DNA of 64,000 nucleotides from Montanilutibacter psychrotolerans (GCF_003719825.1 NZ_RIBS01000008.1:51324-115323); one strand, 5' to 3'. Shown: positions 10,343 through 24,584, numbered from the stretch's first letter. Notes: a model not told the origin generated them from the letters alone. Numbers and translations are program-made.

Positions 10343-12520
10343 TCAGGCCGGTTGCAGGTTGGCGTACGCGAGCACCAGCCACTTGCTGCCGGCGTCGTCG
10401 AAGTTGACCTGCACGCGGGCGTGCGCGCCGCTGCCTTCGTAGTCGGTGACCGTGCCGGTACCGAAGCTGGGATGACGCACCTGCGCACCGAGCTTGACCG
10501 GCGCGGCCTCGATCGCGGCGTGCCCGAAATCGCGGCGCGGTTGCGGGCTGAACATCGGCCGCGACACCTGCACCTTCGGCCGCACCTCGTTCAGCAACGA
10601 CGGCGGGATCTCGCGCAGGAACCGCGACGGCATGCCGTACATGTCCATGCCGTGGATGCGGCGCGACTCGGCGTAGCTCAGCACCAGCTTCTCGCGCGCA
10701 CGGGTGATGCCGACGTAGGCAAGTCGACGTTCCTCTTCGAGGCGGCCGGATTCCTCGGTGGACTTGTTGCTGGGAAACAGGCCCTCCTCCAGGCCGCCCA
10801 GGAACACCAGCGGAAACTCCAGGCCCTTGGCGCTGTGCAGCGTCATCAATTGCACACCGTCCTCGTCGGCGCGCGCCTGGCCCTCGCCGGCTTCCAGCGA
10901 GGCGTAGCTGAGAAACGCGACCAACTCCGGCATCGCCGCAGCGTCTTCCTCGTCGCCGCGGGTGAAGCGTGACGCCACCGAAACCAGTTCGTCGAGGTTG
11001 TCGGTGCGCGAATCGAGCTGGCCGCGCGACTCGTTGGCGTAATGCTCGCGCAGGCCGGAGCGCTGCAGTACGTGGTCGATCTTTTCCTGCAGCGGCATCG
11101 CCGCCAGCTCGCCTTCCAGATCGTCCACCAGCTTCAGGAAACCGGCCAGTGCGTTGCGGGCGCGTGCCGCCAGTACCGGCTCGGCGGCAAGCCAACCGGC
11201 GGCCACTGCCAGCGGCGCGCCGTCGGCCCGCGCGCGGCGGCGCACTTCGTCGAGCGTGCGCTCGCCAATGCCGCGCGCCGGCGTGTTGACCGCGCGTTCG
11301 AAGGCGGCGTCGTCATTGCGGTTGGCCACCAGGCGCAGATAGGCCAGCGTGTCCTTGATCTCGGCGCGTTCGAAGAATCGCAGGCCGCCGTACACGCGGT
11401 ACGGCACCTGGGCACCGATCAGCGCCTCTTCAAACGCGCGGGACTGCGCGTTGCTGCGGTACAGGATGGCGACGTCGCCGTGGCTGCCGCCATCGCGCAC
11501 CCACTGACGCAGGCGCTCGACCACGAAGCGCGCCTCGTCCATCTCGTTGTAGGCCGCATACAGGTCGATCGGTTCGCCCTGCCCGGTGTCGGTCCACAAC
11601 TTCTTGCCGAGGCGGTCGGGGTTGTGGGCGATCACCGCGTTGGCGGCATCGAGGATGTTGGCGCTGGAGCGGTAGTTCTGCTCCAGGCGGATGGTCTGCG
11701 CGCCCGGGAAGTCCTTGAGGAAGCGCTGCACGTTCTCGACCTTGGCGCCGCGCCAGCCGTAGATCGCCTGGTCGTCGTCGCCGACCACGAACACCTTGCC
11801 GCTGTCGCCGGCCAGCACGCGCACGAACGCGTACTGGATGGCGTTGGTGTCCTGGAACTCGTCGACCAGGATCTCGCGAAAGCGCTGACGGTAATGCGCG
11901 AGCAGTGCGGGGTTGTCGCGCAACAGTTCGTGCGCGCGCAGCAACAGCTCGGCGAAGTCCACCAGGCCGGCGCGCTCGCAGCGCTCCTGGTAGGCCGCGT
12001 AGCAACGTCGCATGACGTCGCCCCACTCGTCCTGGCCGCCCTGGATGTTGTCGGGACGGCGGCCCTCGTCCTTCTGGGCGTTGATCCACCAGGCGATCTG
12101 GCGCGGCGGGAAACGCGTGTCGTCGAGCTCCAGCGCCTGGACGACGCGCTTGACCAGGCGCAGCTGGTCGTCCGAGTCCAGCACCTGGAAACCTTCGGGC
12201 AGCTTCGCGTCCTGCCAGTGCAGGCGCAGCAGGCGGTGGGCCAGCCCGTGGAAGGTGCCGATCCACATGCCGCGCGCGCCGTTGCGCAATTGCAGGTCGA
12301 CGCGCTGGCGCATCTCGCCGGCGGCCTTGTTGGTGAACGTCACCGCGAGGATGCCGTGGGTGGGCACGCCAAAGACTTCATTGAGCCAGGCAATGCGGTG
12401 GGTAAGCACGCGGGTCTTGCCGGAGCCGGCGCCGGCGAGCACTAGGTAGTGGCCGGGCGCCGCGCTGACGGCCTCGCGTTGCGCGGGGTTCAGCGCGTCG
12501 AGCAGGTGAGAGACATCCAT
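10343..12520 (-). CDS. uvrD: ATP-dependent DNA helicase II (UvrD-type, SF1)
   Basis: Walker A GAGSGKTRV at the N-terminus, SF1 helicase motifs throughout (TFTNKAAGEMR, VDEFQDTN, YRSNAQSR, VGITRAREKL), 725 aa, which fits UvrD rather than Rep. Confidence 0.93.
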   Translation of the reverse strand: MDVSHLLDALNPAQREAVSAAPGHYLVLAGAGSGKTRVLTHRIAWLNEVFGVPTHGILAVTFTNKAAGEMRQRVDLQLRNGARGMWIGTFHGLAHRLLRLHWQDAKLPEGFQVLDSDDQLRLVKRVVQALELDDTRFPPRQIAWWINAQKDEGRRPDNIQGGQDEWGDVMRRCYAAYQERCERAGLVDFAELLLRAHELLRDNPALLAHYRQRFREILVDEFQDTNAIQYAFVRVLAGDSGKVFVVGDDDQAIYGWRGAKVENVQRFLKDFPGAQTIRLEQNYRSSANILDAANAVIAHNPDRLGKKLWTDTGQGEPIDLYAAYNEMDEARFVVERLRQWVRDGGSHGDVAILYRSNAQSRAFEEALIGAQVPYRVYGGLRFFERAEIKDTLAYLRLVANRNDDAAFERAVNTPARGIGERTLDEVRRRARADGAPLAVAAGWLAAEPVLAARARNALAGFLKLVDDLEGELAAMPLQEKIDHVLQRSGLREHYANESRGQLDSRTDNLDELVSVASRFTRGDEEDAAAMPELVAFLSYASLEAGEGQARADEDGVQLMTLHSAKGLEFPLVFLGGLEEGLFPSNKSTEESGRLEEERRLAYVGITRAREKLVLSYAESRRIHGMDMYGMPSRFLREIPPSLLNEVRPKVQVSRPMFSPQPRRDFGHAAIEAAPVKLGAQVRHPSFGTGTVTDYEGSGAHARVQVNFDDAGSKWLVLAYANLQPA

Positions 12521-12730
12521 CCGCCCATTCTACCGGGCGCCGTCGTCGTGGCTGCGAGGTCGGACGCTCCCGCGCGTGTGGCGCTTCACGTTTGCTTTCC
12601 CCGACGAACCGCCCGACGCCGCCGGGCGCGACGATGATGAACAGCGCGTCGCACGCGCCCGTCATTACAGCCGCCACCGCCGGGGATGGGCGGCCGCCGC
12701 TGGGCCTGGTTGTGGCGGATGCCGGGGTAG

Positions 12731-15112
<2,382 letters not shown>

Positions 15113-15227
15113 GGCACGGAAGGCGCGTCGCGCGCGAGTGAGCAGATGCTTGCTCCCGCGCCGACCGGGTGGGTTCACACCCGGTCGCATCCAGCACCTT
15201 GAACCAGCGGCATCGCGCCGCGCCGGA

Positions 15228-16136
15228 ATGGAACATCGCTTGAAGCCCACCACGCCACGCCTTCGACACGCCGTGATGCTGCTGGCATTGGCCGCCGCAT
15301 CCGCACACGCCACCGACGCGCCACCGCCTGCCGCCGTGCCCGCCGCCGCCACGGGCAGCCGCACCGATGCCGACGCACGCGAACTCGTGCGATCGCTGCT
15401 GGTGAAGTCGCCGTACCGGATGTCCGCGCAAGCGCTGGCCGGCACGATCCGCTACCGGTTCGCGTTGACGCCCGCGCTCACGTGGCGCTGGCCGATGACG
15501 GGCGAACAGGTGGTCCGCGACGGCATCGAGATGACCACGCTGACGGTGTGCCGTGACTGCGGTATCGAACCGGCACCGGACGCCGCGACGTTGGCGACGT
15601 ACCTGGCCCCCAACGCCTGGGTGCAAAGCGATGCCCGCGAAGTGCGCGCGTTTGCGCGTACGCACGTGGCGCGCGGCAACGACGTCGACCACCGCATGCG
15701 TGCGCTGGCCGACGCAGTGCAGAAGCACATGACCGGGCCAACCGACTTCAACGGCTACCACGACGCGGTGACGGCGCTGCGCACCCGCGGCGGCGACTGC
15801 ACCGAGTTTGCCGTGCTGCTGGCGGCCCTGGGGCGCGCGCGCGACATCCCGACGCGACTCGCGTACGGCATCGCCTACTCCAGCCGATTCACCGGCGAAA
15901 GCCACGTGTTCAGCCCGCACGTCTGGGTCCAGGCCTGGGACGGCAAGCGCTGGCGCAGCTACGACGCCGGGCTGGGTCGCTTCGATGCCGGGCACATCGC
16001 GTTGTTCGTCGGCGATGGCGGTACCGACGGCCTGCCGGCCGTCACGCGTGCGATTGCCCGGCTGCGCATCGTCGACGCCGCCGGCATCGTGGCGCCCGAG
16101 GAAGCACCGGCACCGGATCCCTCACCCGCGCCGTAG
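15228..16136 (+). CDS. Transglutaminase-like (cysteine protease superfamily) secreted protein
   Basis: Signal peptide (MLLALAAASAHA). Transglutaminase-core Cys motif GGDCTEFAVLLAALGRA, followed by His (HVW) and Asp residues. Confidence 0.8.
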   Translation: MEHRLKPTTPRLRHAVMLLALAAASAHATDAPPPAAVPAAATGSRTDADARELVRSLLVKSPYRMSAQALAGTIRYRFALTPALTWRWPMTGEQVVRDGIEMTTLTVCRDCGIEPAPDAATLATYLAPNAWVQSDAREVRAFARTHVARGNDVDHRMRALADAVQKHMTGPTDFNGYHDAVTALRTRGGDCTEFAVLLAALGRARDIPTRLAYGIAYSSRFTGESHVFSPHVWVQAWDGKRWRSYDAGLGRFDAGHIALFVGDGGTDGLPAVTRAIARLRIVDAAGIVAPEEAPAPDPSPAP

Positions 16137-16235
16137 CCGGGGTACGCCGCAGAAGGGGCACGCGCGCTGGCATGTTGAACGCGCCAGCGCCGAACGCGTC
16201 CCGGAAGCCGCCGGCCTGCGCCCGCGACGCCGTGA

Positions 16236-16808
16236 TCAGCGTCCCGCCGGTTCCGTCGGCAACGCCGGCAGGTCGCTGTCATCGACCCACTCCGCGTTTC
16301 CGGGATCGCTGATGCCACCGCCGATCACCACGACTTGTTCCAGGTCCTGCGCCTGCGCGATTTCCTCGCGCAATGCCTCGCCAGTGAGCTGCGGCAGCTC
16401 CGGGGTGCTGCCGTCGTCGACCCAGCCGGCGTCCTGCGGGTCGCTGACGCCGCCAACAATCACCACCTCCAGCTGTTCCGGGTCCTGGCTCAACAGGCTC
16501 GCCTGCGCTACCGGTGTCTGCGCCGTCTGCGGGGTCGGCGGATTGGCCATCGCCGCGCCGGACACCAGCGTTGCGGCGATCGCCAGGCCATAGCCGGCAA
16601 CCCGGTGCGGCGGCGGACGGCGCGCGGCGGTGCGGTAGCTGACGCAGATCGGGCCGCTGGCGGCCTGCAGCAGCGCACGGCGCTGTGCGTCGTCCATCGC
16701 GTCCAGCGAATGCACTTCGGTGCTGCAATGGCCGCAGTAGCCGTCCAGGCGGCGCTGCGCGTCGATGTCCAGCGGGCACGGCTTGTCGATCTTGGGGAAG
16801 CAGGCCAT
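16236..16808 (-). CDS. Hypothetical protein with N-terminal Cys motif and two internal peptide repeats
   Basis: N-terminus CFPKIDKPCPLD...YCGHC. Two ~33-aa repeats (VVIVGGVSDPQDAGWVDDGSTPELPQL / VVVIGGGISDPGNAEWVDDSDLPALP) separated by an acidic linker. Confidence 0.5.
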   Translation of the reverse strand: MACFPKIDKPCPLDIDAQRRLDGYCGHCSTEVHSLDAMDDAQRRALLQAASGPICVSYRTAARRPPPHRVAGYGLAIAATLVSGAAMANPPTPQTAQTPVAQASLLSQDPEQLEVVIVGGVSDPQDAGWVDDGSTPELPQLTGEALREEIAQAQDLEQVVVIGGGISDPGNAEWVDDSDLPALPTEPAGR

Positions 16809-16997
16809 CGCGTTGTCCTTGGCAGATTGGGCGTCAGGTTTCTATCTATCACAACGTCCGCGCGTCTTCGCTCCCGACGCGACCCAACTCGCGCCGCGGC
16901 GCTGCCACGACACGGCCAACCGGCCCTGTGACCTTCGACGGATGGTGAGCGCGGCTGCCAGCGGCGATGCTTCAAACACTTTCCCGCAGGCCCTTCC

Positions 16998-18795
16998 CAT
17001 GACCAAGCCGCTCGTCCTCGCGATCTCGCTGGCGCTGCTCGCGCCCACCGCCGCCTTCGCGCAGGCGACCACAACGCCCACGCCGACCGCCGTGGCATCC
17101 AAGCCCGCGCCCGCCTGGGTCACCCGCAGCAACGAGCACGCGCAGGTGCTGCTGCTCGCGCAGGCACCGTTCCAGCCAGAGCTCTTGTCGTCCATCGGCG
17201 TGTCGGGCTTCGATGACCAGGTGTCCGACTACGGCCCCGAGTACGCCCGCCGCTACCGCGAGGCCACCGCCGCCGCGCGGACCCAGCTGCAGGCCCGATT
17301 GGCCGCCGAGACGGACCCCAACGTGCGCCAGGACCTGGCGATCCTGCTGCGCGCATCCGATGACGCGATCGAGGCCAGCGAAGTCAACGAACGCCTCGTG
17401 CGACCCTGGGCCGACGTGGGCCAGGTGGTGTTCCAGGGCATCAAGGGCCTGCTGTCCGAACAGGTGGCGCCGGAGCGGCGCGCCAAGGCGCTGCTGCGCC
17501 TGCAACGCTACGTGGGGATGGCCGAAGGCAGCACCGCGACCGCCACCCTGGCCCGTGCCCGCTACGAGGAGCGCAACCAGGCCGGCCTGCTGGCGCCCAC
17601 GAAGATCGAGGTCGAGCAGGGCATCAACAACGTGCCGACCTACATCAGCGGCATCCGTGCGCTGTTCACCCAGTACAAGATCGAAGGCGCCGAGCCCGCA
17701 CTGGCCGCGCTGGAAAAGCAGCTGGGCGACTACGCCGCCTGGTCGAAGGCCGAAGTGGTGCCGACCGCGCGCACCGACTACAAGCTGCCCACCGAGCTGT
17801 ACGCGCTGCAGCTCAAGAACGTCGGCATCGACATCGACCCGCGCCTGCTGATCCAGCGCGCGCAGGTCGGCTTCATGGAAACACGCGCGGCAATGCAGCA
17901 GCTCGCACCCCTGGTCGCGCGCGAGAAGGGCCTGACCCAGACCGGCTACTTCGATGTGATGCGCGCGCTCAAGCAGCCGCAACTGCGCAACGACCAGATC
18001 GAGCCGCATTACCGCAACGTGGTGATGCCCGAGATCGACCGCCTGATCGCGCAGCACAATGTGGTGGCGCTGCCGCAGCGGCCCATGCAGATGCGCCTGG
18101 GCACCCCGGCCGAAAGCGCCGCGCAGTCCGCACCGCACCTGGTGCCGGCGCCGCTGGTGGGCAACACCGGCCAGCAGGGCACGTTCGTGCTCCCGCTGAG
18201 CAACCCCAATGCCGGCGAGGACGGCGCCTACGACGACTTCAACTTCCCGTCGGTGGCGTGGACGCTGACCGCGCACGAAGGCCGCCCTGGCCACGAGCTG
18301 CAGTTCACCGCGATGGTCGAGCGCGGCGTGTCGCTGGCGCGCACGCTGTACGCGTTCAACTCGGTCAACGTCGAAGGCTGGGCGCTGTACGCCGAAGCCG
18401 AGATGGTTCCCTACGAGCCACTCGACGGCCAGCTGTTCGCACTGCAGTTTCGCCTGCTGCGTGCCGCGCGCGCGATGCTCGACCCGATGCTCAACCTCGG
18501 CTTGACCGACCGCGAGACGGCGCTGAAGGTGCTCATCGAGGAGGTGGGCCTGTCCAAGGCGATGGCCCGCCAGGAAATCGACCGCTACACCGTCAACGCG
18601 CCCGGCCAGGCCGGCAGCTACTTCTACGGCTACAGCCGCATCCTGCAGTTGCGCGCGGAAACCGAACTGGCGCTTGGCGACAAGTTCGACCGTCGCGCGT
18701 TCAATGACTTCCTGCTGGACCAGGGCCTGCTACCGCCGGACCTGCTGGCCAAGGCGGTGCGCGAGGAGTTCGTGCCGGCGATGAAGGCCAGGTAG
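16998..18795 (+). CDS. DUF885-family protein (putative secreted metallopeptidase-like)
   Basis: Signal peptide MTKPLVLAISLALLAPTAAFA. Large helical domain with the conserved DUF885 C-terminal region including HEGRPGHELQF (HExxH-like). Confidence 0.8.
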
Positions 18796-18805
18796 GCCGG
18801 GCTGC

Positions 18806-18926
18806 CTGGGTTCGCCGCACTTTGCCGGCGAACCCAAGGCGCGTGCACCGGTGCCGCGCACCCGCCGCGAAAGTGGCGGGTGGTCACTGATCGGAACGGG
18901 CCGGCGCCGGTTTCGCTACTGATCTC
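18806..18926. terminator. Two GC hairpins between convergent genes (bidirectional terminator candidates)
   Basis: gggttcgccg...cggcgaaccc (10-bp stem) and cacccgcc-gcgaaagt-ggcgggtg (8-bp stem), located between the DUF885 stop and the ubiB stop. Confidence 0.4.
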
Positions 18927-18932
18927 GCGGCC

Positions 18933-20612
18933 TCAAGCGCGCCGCCACGGCCAGGCTGCCAGCAGCGCCCAGAGGCCGCCGAGCCCGGCGATCCACGAAG
19001 ACGCAGGCACTCCGACGAAGCGCGGACCGCCGGCTTCCAACCCGTACAGCACGGCCGCCACGATCAGCAGGCCGGTGCCAAGGATGGCCGCGACCGCGCG
19101 TCGCGTCGCGTCCTTGACCGAACGCGTGAGCTCGGCCATGTCGTCCGAGCGCATCTTGAGCTCGTGCCCGCCACTGACCTGCTGGTCCAGCCAGGCGTGC
19201 AGCAGCCGCGGCATTTCCGGCGCGTGGGTGATCAGCTCCGGCAGTCGCTTGCGGAACTCGCTGGCCAGGCGCTGCGGGCTGTAGCGCTCGACCAGGATCT
19301 TCTGCAGCACCGGCCGCGCCACGGCCCAGATGTCGAGTTTCGGATCGAGCAGGCGACCGACGCCTTCGATGTTGAGCAGGGTCTTCTGCAGGAGGATCAA
19401 CTGCGGCTGCAGCGTCAGCTCGTAGCGCTGCGCGGTGCGGAACAGCTTGACCAGCACCTCGGCCAGCGAGATCTCGCTGAGCGGGCGCGTGAAGTAGGGT
19501 TCGCAGACCGCGCGCGCCGCGGCCTCGAGCTCGTCGATGCGCGTGTGCGCGGGCATCCAGCCGGCCCGCACGTGCAACTCGGCGATGCGACGGTAATCGC
19601 GGTTGAAGATCGCCATGAAATTTTCGGCGAGGTAGTACTGATCCTCGTCCGACAGCTGGCCCATGATGCCGAAATCCAGCGCGATGAAGCGCGGGTTGGT
19701 GCGTCGCGCGGGGTCGGTGTCGACCCAGATGTTGCCGGCGTGCGCATCGGCGTGGAAGAAGTTGTCGCGGAACACCTGCGTGTAGAACACGCGCACGCCC
19801 TTGGCGGCCAGCGCGCTTCGGTCGATGCCGGCGGCGTCGAGCGCGGCGATGTCGTCGGAGGGAATGCCGCGCACGCGCTCCAGCGTCAGCGCGCGTTCGG
19901 CGGTGTGCGACCAGATCACCTCCGGCACGTACAGGTCGTCGCTGTCGAGCCAGAACCGCCGCAGCACGCTGGCGTTGCCACCTTCGCGCTGCAGGTCCAG
20001 CTCGGCGGCGAGCGTGTTCTCGATTTCGGCGACCACTTCGCGCGGGCGGATCTTGTCGGCGTTGGGGTGCGCACGTTCGACCACCGTGGCCAACGCGTTG
20101 AGCAGGGCGATATCGCCGGCGATCTGCTTCTCGATGTCGGGCCGCAGCACCTTGACCACCACCTCGCGCGGTGGCGCGCCGTCGACCGGCGGCAACGTCG
20201 CGGCGTGCACCTGCGCAATCGAGGCCGAGGCCAGCGGCGTGGTGTCGAACGATGCGAAGGCCTCGCTGACCGGACGTTCGAGCGCACGTTCGACGATCGC
20301 ACGCGCGGCCTCGCCGTCGAACGGCGCGACGCGGTCCTGCAGCAGCGCCAGCTCGACCGCGACATCGGCGGGAATCAGATCGCGACGGGTGGAGAGGATC
20401 TGCCCGAACTTGACGAAGATCGGACCGAGCTCCTGCAATGCCAGGCGCAGCCGCGCACCGGGCGACATCGCCTCGATCTCGGCCGAGGCGCGCGGCACGA
20501 ACGGCCGCGCGAGCTTGAGCCAGCGTTCGACCGGGGTGTCGTCGAGCAGCGCGTCGAGGCGATAGCGCAACAGCACCCGGCCGATGCGCCAGGCGCGCAG
20601 CGCCGACCTCAT
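18933..20612 (-). CDS. ubiB: Ubiquinone biosynthesis regulatory protein kinase UbiB
   Basis: ABC1/UbiB kinase domain ([33 protein letters not shown]..., [13 protein letters not shown]). Two C-terminal TM helices. Start overlaps the ubiJ stop (ATGA). Confidence 0.95.
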   Translation of the reverse strand: MRSALRAWRIGRVLLRYRLDALLDDTPVERWLKLARPFVPRASAEIEAMSPGARLRLALQELGPIFVKFGQILSTRRDLIPADVAVELALLQDRVAPFDGEAARAIVERALERPVSEAFASFDTTPLASASIAQVHAATLPPVDGAPPREVVVKVLRPDIEKQIAGDIALLNALATVVERAHPNADKIRPREVVAEIENTLAAELDLQREGGNASVLRRFWLDSDDLYVPEVIWSHTAERALTLERVRGIPSDDIAALDAAGIDRSALAAKGVRVFYTQVFRDNFFHADAHAGNIWVDTDPARRTNPRFIALDFGIMGQLSDEDQYYLAENFMAIFNRDYRRIAELHVRAGWMPAHTRIDELEAAARAVCEPYFTRPLSEISLAEVLVKLFRTAQRYELTLQPQLILLQKTLLNIEGVGRLLDPKLDIWAVARPVLQKILVERYSPQRLASEFRKRLPELITHAPEMPRLLHAWLDQQVSGGHELKMRSDDMAELTRSVKDATRRAVAAILGTGLLIVAAVLYGLEAGGPRFVGVPASSWIAGLGGLWALLAAWPWRRA

Positions 20613-21274
20613 GCCGCGCCTCCGGCGCTGGCGGCGTCGACGCGAGCGCGGATGCGCGCGACACGTGCCGCGATGCGCTCCACGTCGTCGCGCAGGGTGT
20701 CGACGTCGTCGAAGAACGCATTGAGCTCGGCCTTGCCGAGCACGTCACGCGATTCCTCGGTCACGAATTCGGCGGCGTTGCCGGCAAACGCGCCCGCGGC
20801 ATCGCGCGCATGGCGCAGTCCGGCGCCGATTGCATCGGCCAGTTGCACGCCAATCACCTCGCCAAATGCCTGGACGAAGGGCTGTTGCCAGTCCGGATCG
20901 AAACGCGTGGCGAGCTTCTGCAGACGTCGCGCAAGATCGGCATCGCCCTCGATACGCAGCTTGCCGACCGGCGGCGCGTCGTCGTTGCGCAGGAACGGCA
21001 ACTGCGAGAAGAGCGCGCCCAGGGTGCTGCGCACCGACAGGTCGGGTTGTTCGGCGCCATCGACCGGCCCCACCGCGAGACGGTCGCCGGCGACGGTTAC
21101 CTGCAGCGCCAGTGGAGGCGCCGCCACATGCAGCGCGACACGGCGCCCGTCGAGTGCGCGCAGGCCATCACGGGTGTCGGGATCAAGCGCCAGCGCGCGG
21201 TTCAGCGCGGCCTCGAGCACGCGCCCGGCCAGCGATTTCAGCGCAGTGAGGGGATGTGGGGTCGGTGCGGTCAT
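20609..21274 (-). CDS. ubiJ: Ubiquinone biosynthesis accessory factor UbiJ (SCP2 domain)
   Basis: Position immediately upstream of ubiB with a 4-nt overlap. N-terminal SCP2-like region and the conserved ubiJ-ubiB synteny. Confidence 0.8.
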   Translation of the reverse strand: MTAPTPHPLTALKSLAGRVLEAALNRALALDPDTRDGLRALDGRRVALHVAAPPLALQVTVAGDRLAVGPVDGAEQPDLSVRSTLGALFSQLPFLRNDDAPPVGKLRIEGDADLARRLQKLATRFDPDWQQPFVQAFGEVIGVQLADAIGAGLRHARDAAGAFAGNAAEFVTEESRDVLGKAELNAFFDDVDTLRDDVERIAARVARIRARVDAASAGGAA

Positions 21275-21461
21275 GCCGGCATTCTAACGGCCCGCGCCGC
21301 CGGGCTTGACGTGCCGAACCTGTCACGCCGGGTCGGGCACTTCGACCGGATTCGTCCAACGCCACCCGCCTGCCGGCGGCACGGGTTCTGGCAATCCGGG
21401 CCGATCGGCAGGCGGGCGACGGTGCGCGCGGCCCCGGGAGGCTCGCGCGTTGCGATCGGAG

Positions 21462-21620
21462 TCAGACCTTCCTGCCACGGAAGAAGGCGATGGCGGCCAG
21501 CACGAGGAACACCACGAACAGGATCTTGGCGATACCCGCTGCGGCACCTGCGATGCCACCGAAGCCGAGGACGGCGGCGATGATCGCGACAACCAGGAAT
21601 ACGACGGCGTAGTGCAGCAT
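21462..21620 (-). CDS. DUF1328 small membrane protein (52 aa)
   Basis: [52 protein letters not shown], two TM helices. The longer ORF (to 21884) is an Arg-rich read-through. Confidence 0.7.
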   Translation of the reverse strand: MLHYAVVFLVVAIIAAVLGFGGIAGAAAGIAKILFVVFLVLAAIAFFRGRKV

Positions 21621-21682
21621 GGCGACCTCCAGAGGGGCTCGTTGCCCCGTTTGCAGCATCGAGATTCGCCAGTGCGCGGTCA

Positions 21683-22693
21683 TCAACTCGTGATGGCGAC
21701 CGGTTCGTGATGGGCGCCCTTCAGCCTCATGAGGCCTTCGTGAAAGGACACCTGCGGCACGTAGCCGAAGTCGCGCCGCGCCGGTCCCATGTTGTACCAG
21801 TGCGTGGTCACCAGTTGCTCGGCGAGGAAGCGCGTCATCGGCGGTTCGCCCTTGAGCGGCAGGACATGCCACAGCCCTTCGCACAGCACGCCGGCCGCGT
21901 AGGCGACACGGAATGGAACGGTCTTGTCGACCTGCGGCGCGCCGACTGCCGCCAGCAGCCCGTTGAGCGTCTCGCGCATCGTCCTGGGCTCACCGTTGCT
22001 GATGAAGTACGCGCGCCCCGCGCAGGCCGCGCCCGGAGCGAGCGCGTCGAACGCATCCAGGTGCGCCCGGGCCGCGTTGTCGATGTAGGTGGTATCGACG
22101 AGGTTGCTGCCATCGCCGACCAGGCGCAGTCGCCCGGCGTTGGCGCGTTCGACCAGGCGCGGCAGCAGCTGGTTGTCGCCCACGCCCCAGATCAAGCGCG
22201 GGCGCAACGCGACGGTCGCAAGCGACGCGTCGTTGGCGGCCAGCACTGCCAGTTCGGCGATCTTCTTGGTGGTCGCGTACGGCGCCTTGAAGCCCTCGCC
22301 GTACGGCACGGTGTCGGCAGTGCCGCCCTCGACCGGGTGCGTGGCGCGATGGGTCACGCTGGGTGTCGAGGTGTAGACCAGCCTGGCGATACGGTGCTCG
22401 CGGCAGGCCGCCAGCACATTGTCGGTGCCCACCACGTTGGCTTGGTGGTAGCTGTCGTAGCTGCCCCACGCGCCGGCCTTGGCCGCGTTGTGGAACACCG
22501 CCTCGCACCCCTGTGCCGCCGCGACCACGGCGTCGCGCGAGGCGAGATCGCCCTGCACCTGGGTCACGCCGATCGCATCGAGCGCGGGGTAACGCCCGCG
22601 ATTGAAGCTGACGACCTCGTGGCCGCGCGCGCGCAGACCGCGGCACAACGCCTGCCCGAGGAAACCACCACCACCGGTCACGAGGATCTTCAT
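21683..22693 (-). CDS. oleD: NAD(P)H-dependent reductase of the 3-beta-HSD/epimerase family, OleD-like
   Basis: [16 protein letters not shown] Rossmann and YxxxK. Sits downstream of an AMP-ligase and an alpha/beta-hydrolase in the characteristic oleB-oleC-oleD order. Confidence 0.8.
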   Translation of the reverse strand: MKILVTGGGGFLGQALCRGLRARGHEVVSFNRGRYPALDAIGVTQVQGDLASRDAVVAAAQGCEAVFHNAAKAGAWGSYDSYHQANVVGTDNVLAACREHRIARLVYTSTPSVTHRATHPVEGGTADTVPYGEGFKAPYATTKKIAELAVLAANDASLATVALRPRLIWGVGDNQLLPRLVERANAGRLRLVGDGSNLVDTTYIDNAARAHLDAFDALAPGAACAGRAYFISNGEPRTMRETLNGLLAAVGAPQVDKTVPFRVAYAAGVLCEGLWHVLPLKGEPPMTRFLAEQLVTTHWYNMGPARRDFGYVPQVSFHEGLMRLKGAHHEPVAITS

Positions 22694-22777
22694 GGGTACC
22701 CGCTGTTCGTTTGCCGTTGTGCCATCGCCCGGCGACGACGATGCTGCCGCCGTCGTCCTGCTAGCCGGTTCCGCCGC

Positions 22778-24424
22778 CTAGGCCGATTCCGCGGCCCATG
22801 CCGCCAGTTTCTCGCGTCCGATCTTGGCATTGTGGCGAATGTCGACCGGGAACTTCGGATGGCGCAGGAAGCGTGCGATGCCGGCCGTGTGCGGATGCGC
22901 GGCGCCAATGGCGCGCAGCTCGCTCTCGATGCGCGGCCAGTGCCGGCCGTCCACGCCCTGGGCCAGCTCGACGCACAGTACCGCCTGCTGTTGTCCCATC
23001 GGCCCGATCCCGACCAACGCGGTGCGCCGCACCTGGTCGTGGACGTTGAACACCGGCTCGACCTGCTCGGTGTACAACGGACCGGACGCGCACTCGACCC
23101 GGTGCGATTTGCGGCCGCAGAACCAGAGCCGACCCTGGGCATCGAAGTAGCCCACGTCGCCCATGCGATGAACGATGCGCTCGCCGGCATCGACGTCGCC
23201 ACGCGGTTCGCGGATCTTCGCCAGCCGCGTCATTGCGTCGCGATTGAAATAGCTGTCGGTGGTGGTCGGCCCCACGACGGTGATCTCGCCCACTTCGCCC
23301 GTGGGAACGCACAGCGCGTCCGACCACCGCTCGACGGCGTCGTCGCTGATGCGGATGATACGGACCTCGTTCGGTGCGACCGCGCGACCAACGCAGGTTC
23401 CCGCGCCGCTTTCCGTTGCCGCACGCGTGGCCTGCAGCTCGCGCCCCTCGATCACTGCCACAGGCAGGCACTCGGTGGCGCCGTACGGCGTCCAGAACTG
23501 CGCATCGGCAGGCAACAGTTCCCGCATCCGCGCCACCACGTCGGCCGGCACCGGAGCACCGGCCGATGTCACGCGCTTCACGCCCGGCAGCGGCTGCCCG
23601 TGACGCGCCAGCACCGCCATCAGCGCCGGCGAGCCGAACAGCTGGTCGACACCGAAGCGCGCGATCGCATCGTGCAACCTGCGCGGGTCGGCGAGCGCTG
23701 GCTTGGTCGCGTCCATGTCCGGGATGACCGAGGTCACGCCCAGTGCCGGATCGAACAGCGCGAACGGCGGGAAGGTTGGCAGGTCCACAGCGCCGGCGCC
23801 GATGCCGAATGCTTCGCCCAGCATGGCGATCTGCGCGACGAAGTGGCGATGCCGGTAGACCACGCCCTTGGGCACGCCGGTGGAGCCGCTGGTGAACAGG
23901 ATCGCGGCGACGTCGTCGGGCCGCGTGTCGGCCAACTGTGCCGTCGCGCCGGCGCCGTCGCGCTCCACGCGCGCCAGCGTCGCGTCGGCCAGCAACGCGT
24001 GCCGGCCGGTGGTGATGCGCACGCGCGCCGATGACGCCCAACCCAGTACCACGCGAGCGAACTGCGCCAGGGGAATGCCGATGAAGGCCTCGGGCTGCGC
24101 TTCGTCGAGGCACTGCCGCAGCGCGCGGCGATCGATGCCGGGATCCACCAGCACCGGCACCGCGCCGGCCTTGAACAACGCGAACATCAGCAGGAAGAAT
24201 TCCGGCGACGGCCGCACCATCACCACCGTGCGGGTGCCGCGCACGATGCCGCGACGCGCCAGGCCAGCGGCGATCGCGTCGCTGCGCGCGTCCAGTTCGC
24301 GGTAACTCAGCTCGACGTCGTAGCGCGCCAGGCCGTCGGCGCCACGCGAGCCGGGGCAGCGCATCGCGATGCGATCGGGTGCCTCACGTGCCAGGCGCGG
24401 CAACGACGCGGCGATGTTGCACAC
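22778..24424 (-). CDS. oleC: AMP-dependent synthetase/ligase, OleC-like (beta-lactone synthetase)
   Basis: ANL-superfamily motifs TSGSTGVPKGV, YGATE, DVGYFD. Start uncertain: the ORF track extends to 24841 with a Cys/Arg/Thr-rich non-coding-looking N-terminus. Plausible starts are GTG ~24424 (VCNIAASLPRLARE...) or ATG 24370. Confidence 0.8.
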   Translation of the reverse strand: MCNIAASLPRLAREAPDRIAMRCPGSRGADGLARYDVELSYRELDARSDAIAAGLARRGIVRGTRTVVMVRPSPEFFLLMFALFKAGAVPVLVDPGIDRRALRQCLDEAQPEAFIGIPLAQFARVVLGWASSARVRITTGRHALLADATLARVERDGAGATAQLADTRPDDVAAILFTSGSTGVPKGVVYRHRHFVAQIAMLGEAFGIGAGAVDLPTFPPFALFDPALGVTSVIPDMDATKPALADPRRLHDAIARFGVDQLFGSPALMAVLARHGQPLPGVKRVTSAGAPVPADVVARMRELLPADAQFWTPYGATECLPVAVIEGRELQATRAATESGAGTCVGRAVAPNEVRIIRISDDAVERWSDALCVPTGEVGEITVVGPTTTDSYFNRDAMTRLAKIREPRGDVDAGERIVHRMGDVGYFDAQGRLWFCGRKSHRVECASGPLYTEQVEPVFNVHDQVRRTALVGIGPMGQQQAVLCVELAQGVDGRHWPRIESELRAIGAAHPHTAGIARFLRHPKFPVDIRHNAKIGREKLAAWAAESA

Positions 24425-24584
24425 GCCCGAGTCCCCAGACGATTCCCGCACGGATTGCCCCGCCCCACGATCGCCGTCGGTCGCCTCGTCGGTCACGGCT
24501 GCGGCCCGTGTCCGGCAACCATCCTCCGCGCGACGCGCGGTGGCGACGCGATGGGAAGAACGCCGGTCACCACCGCCGCCACGT

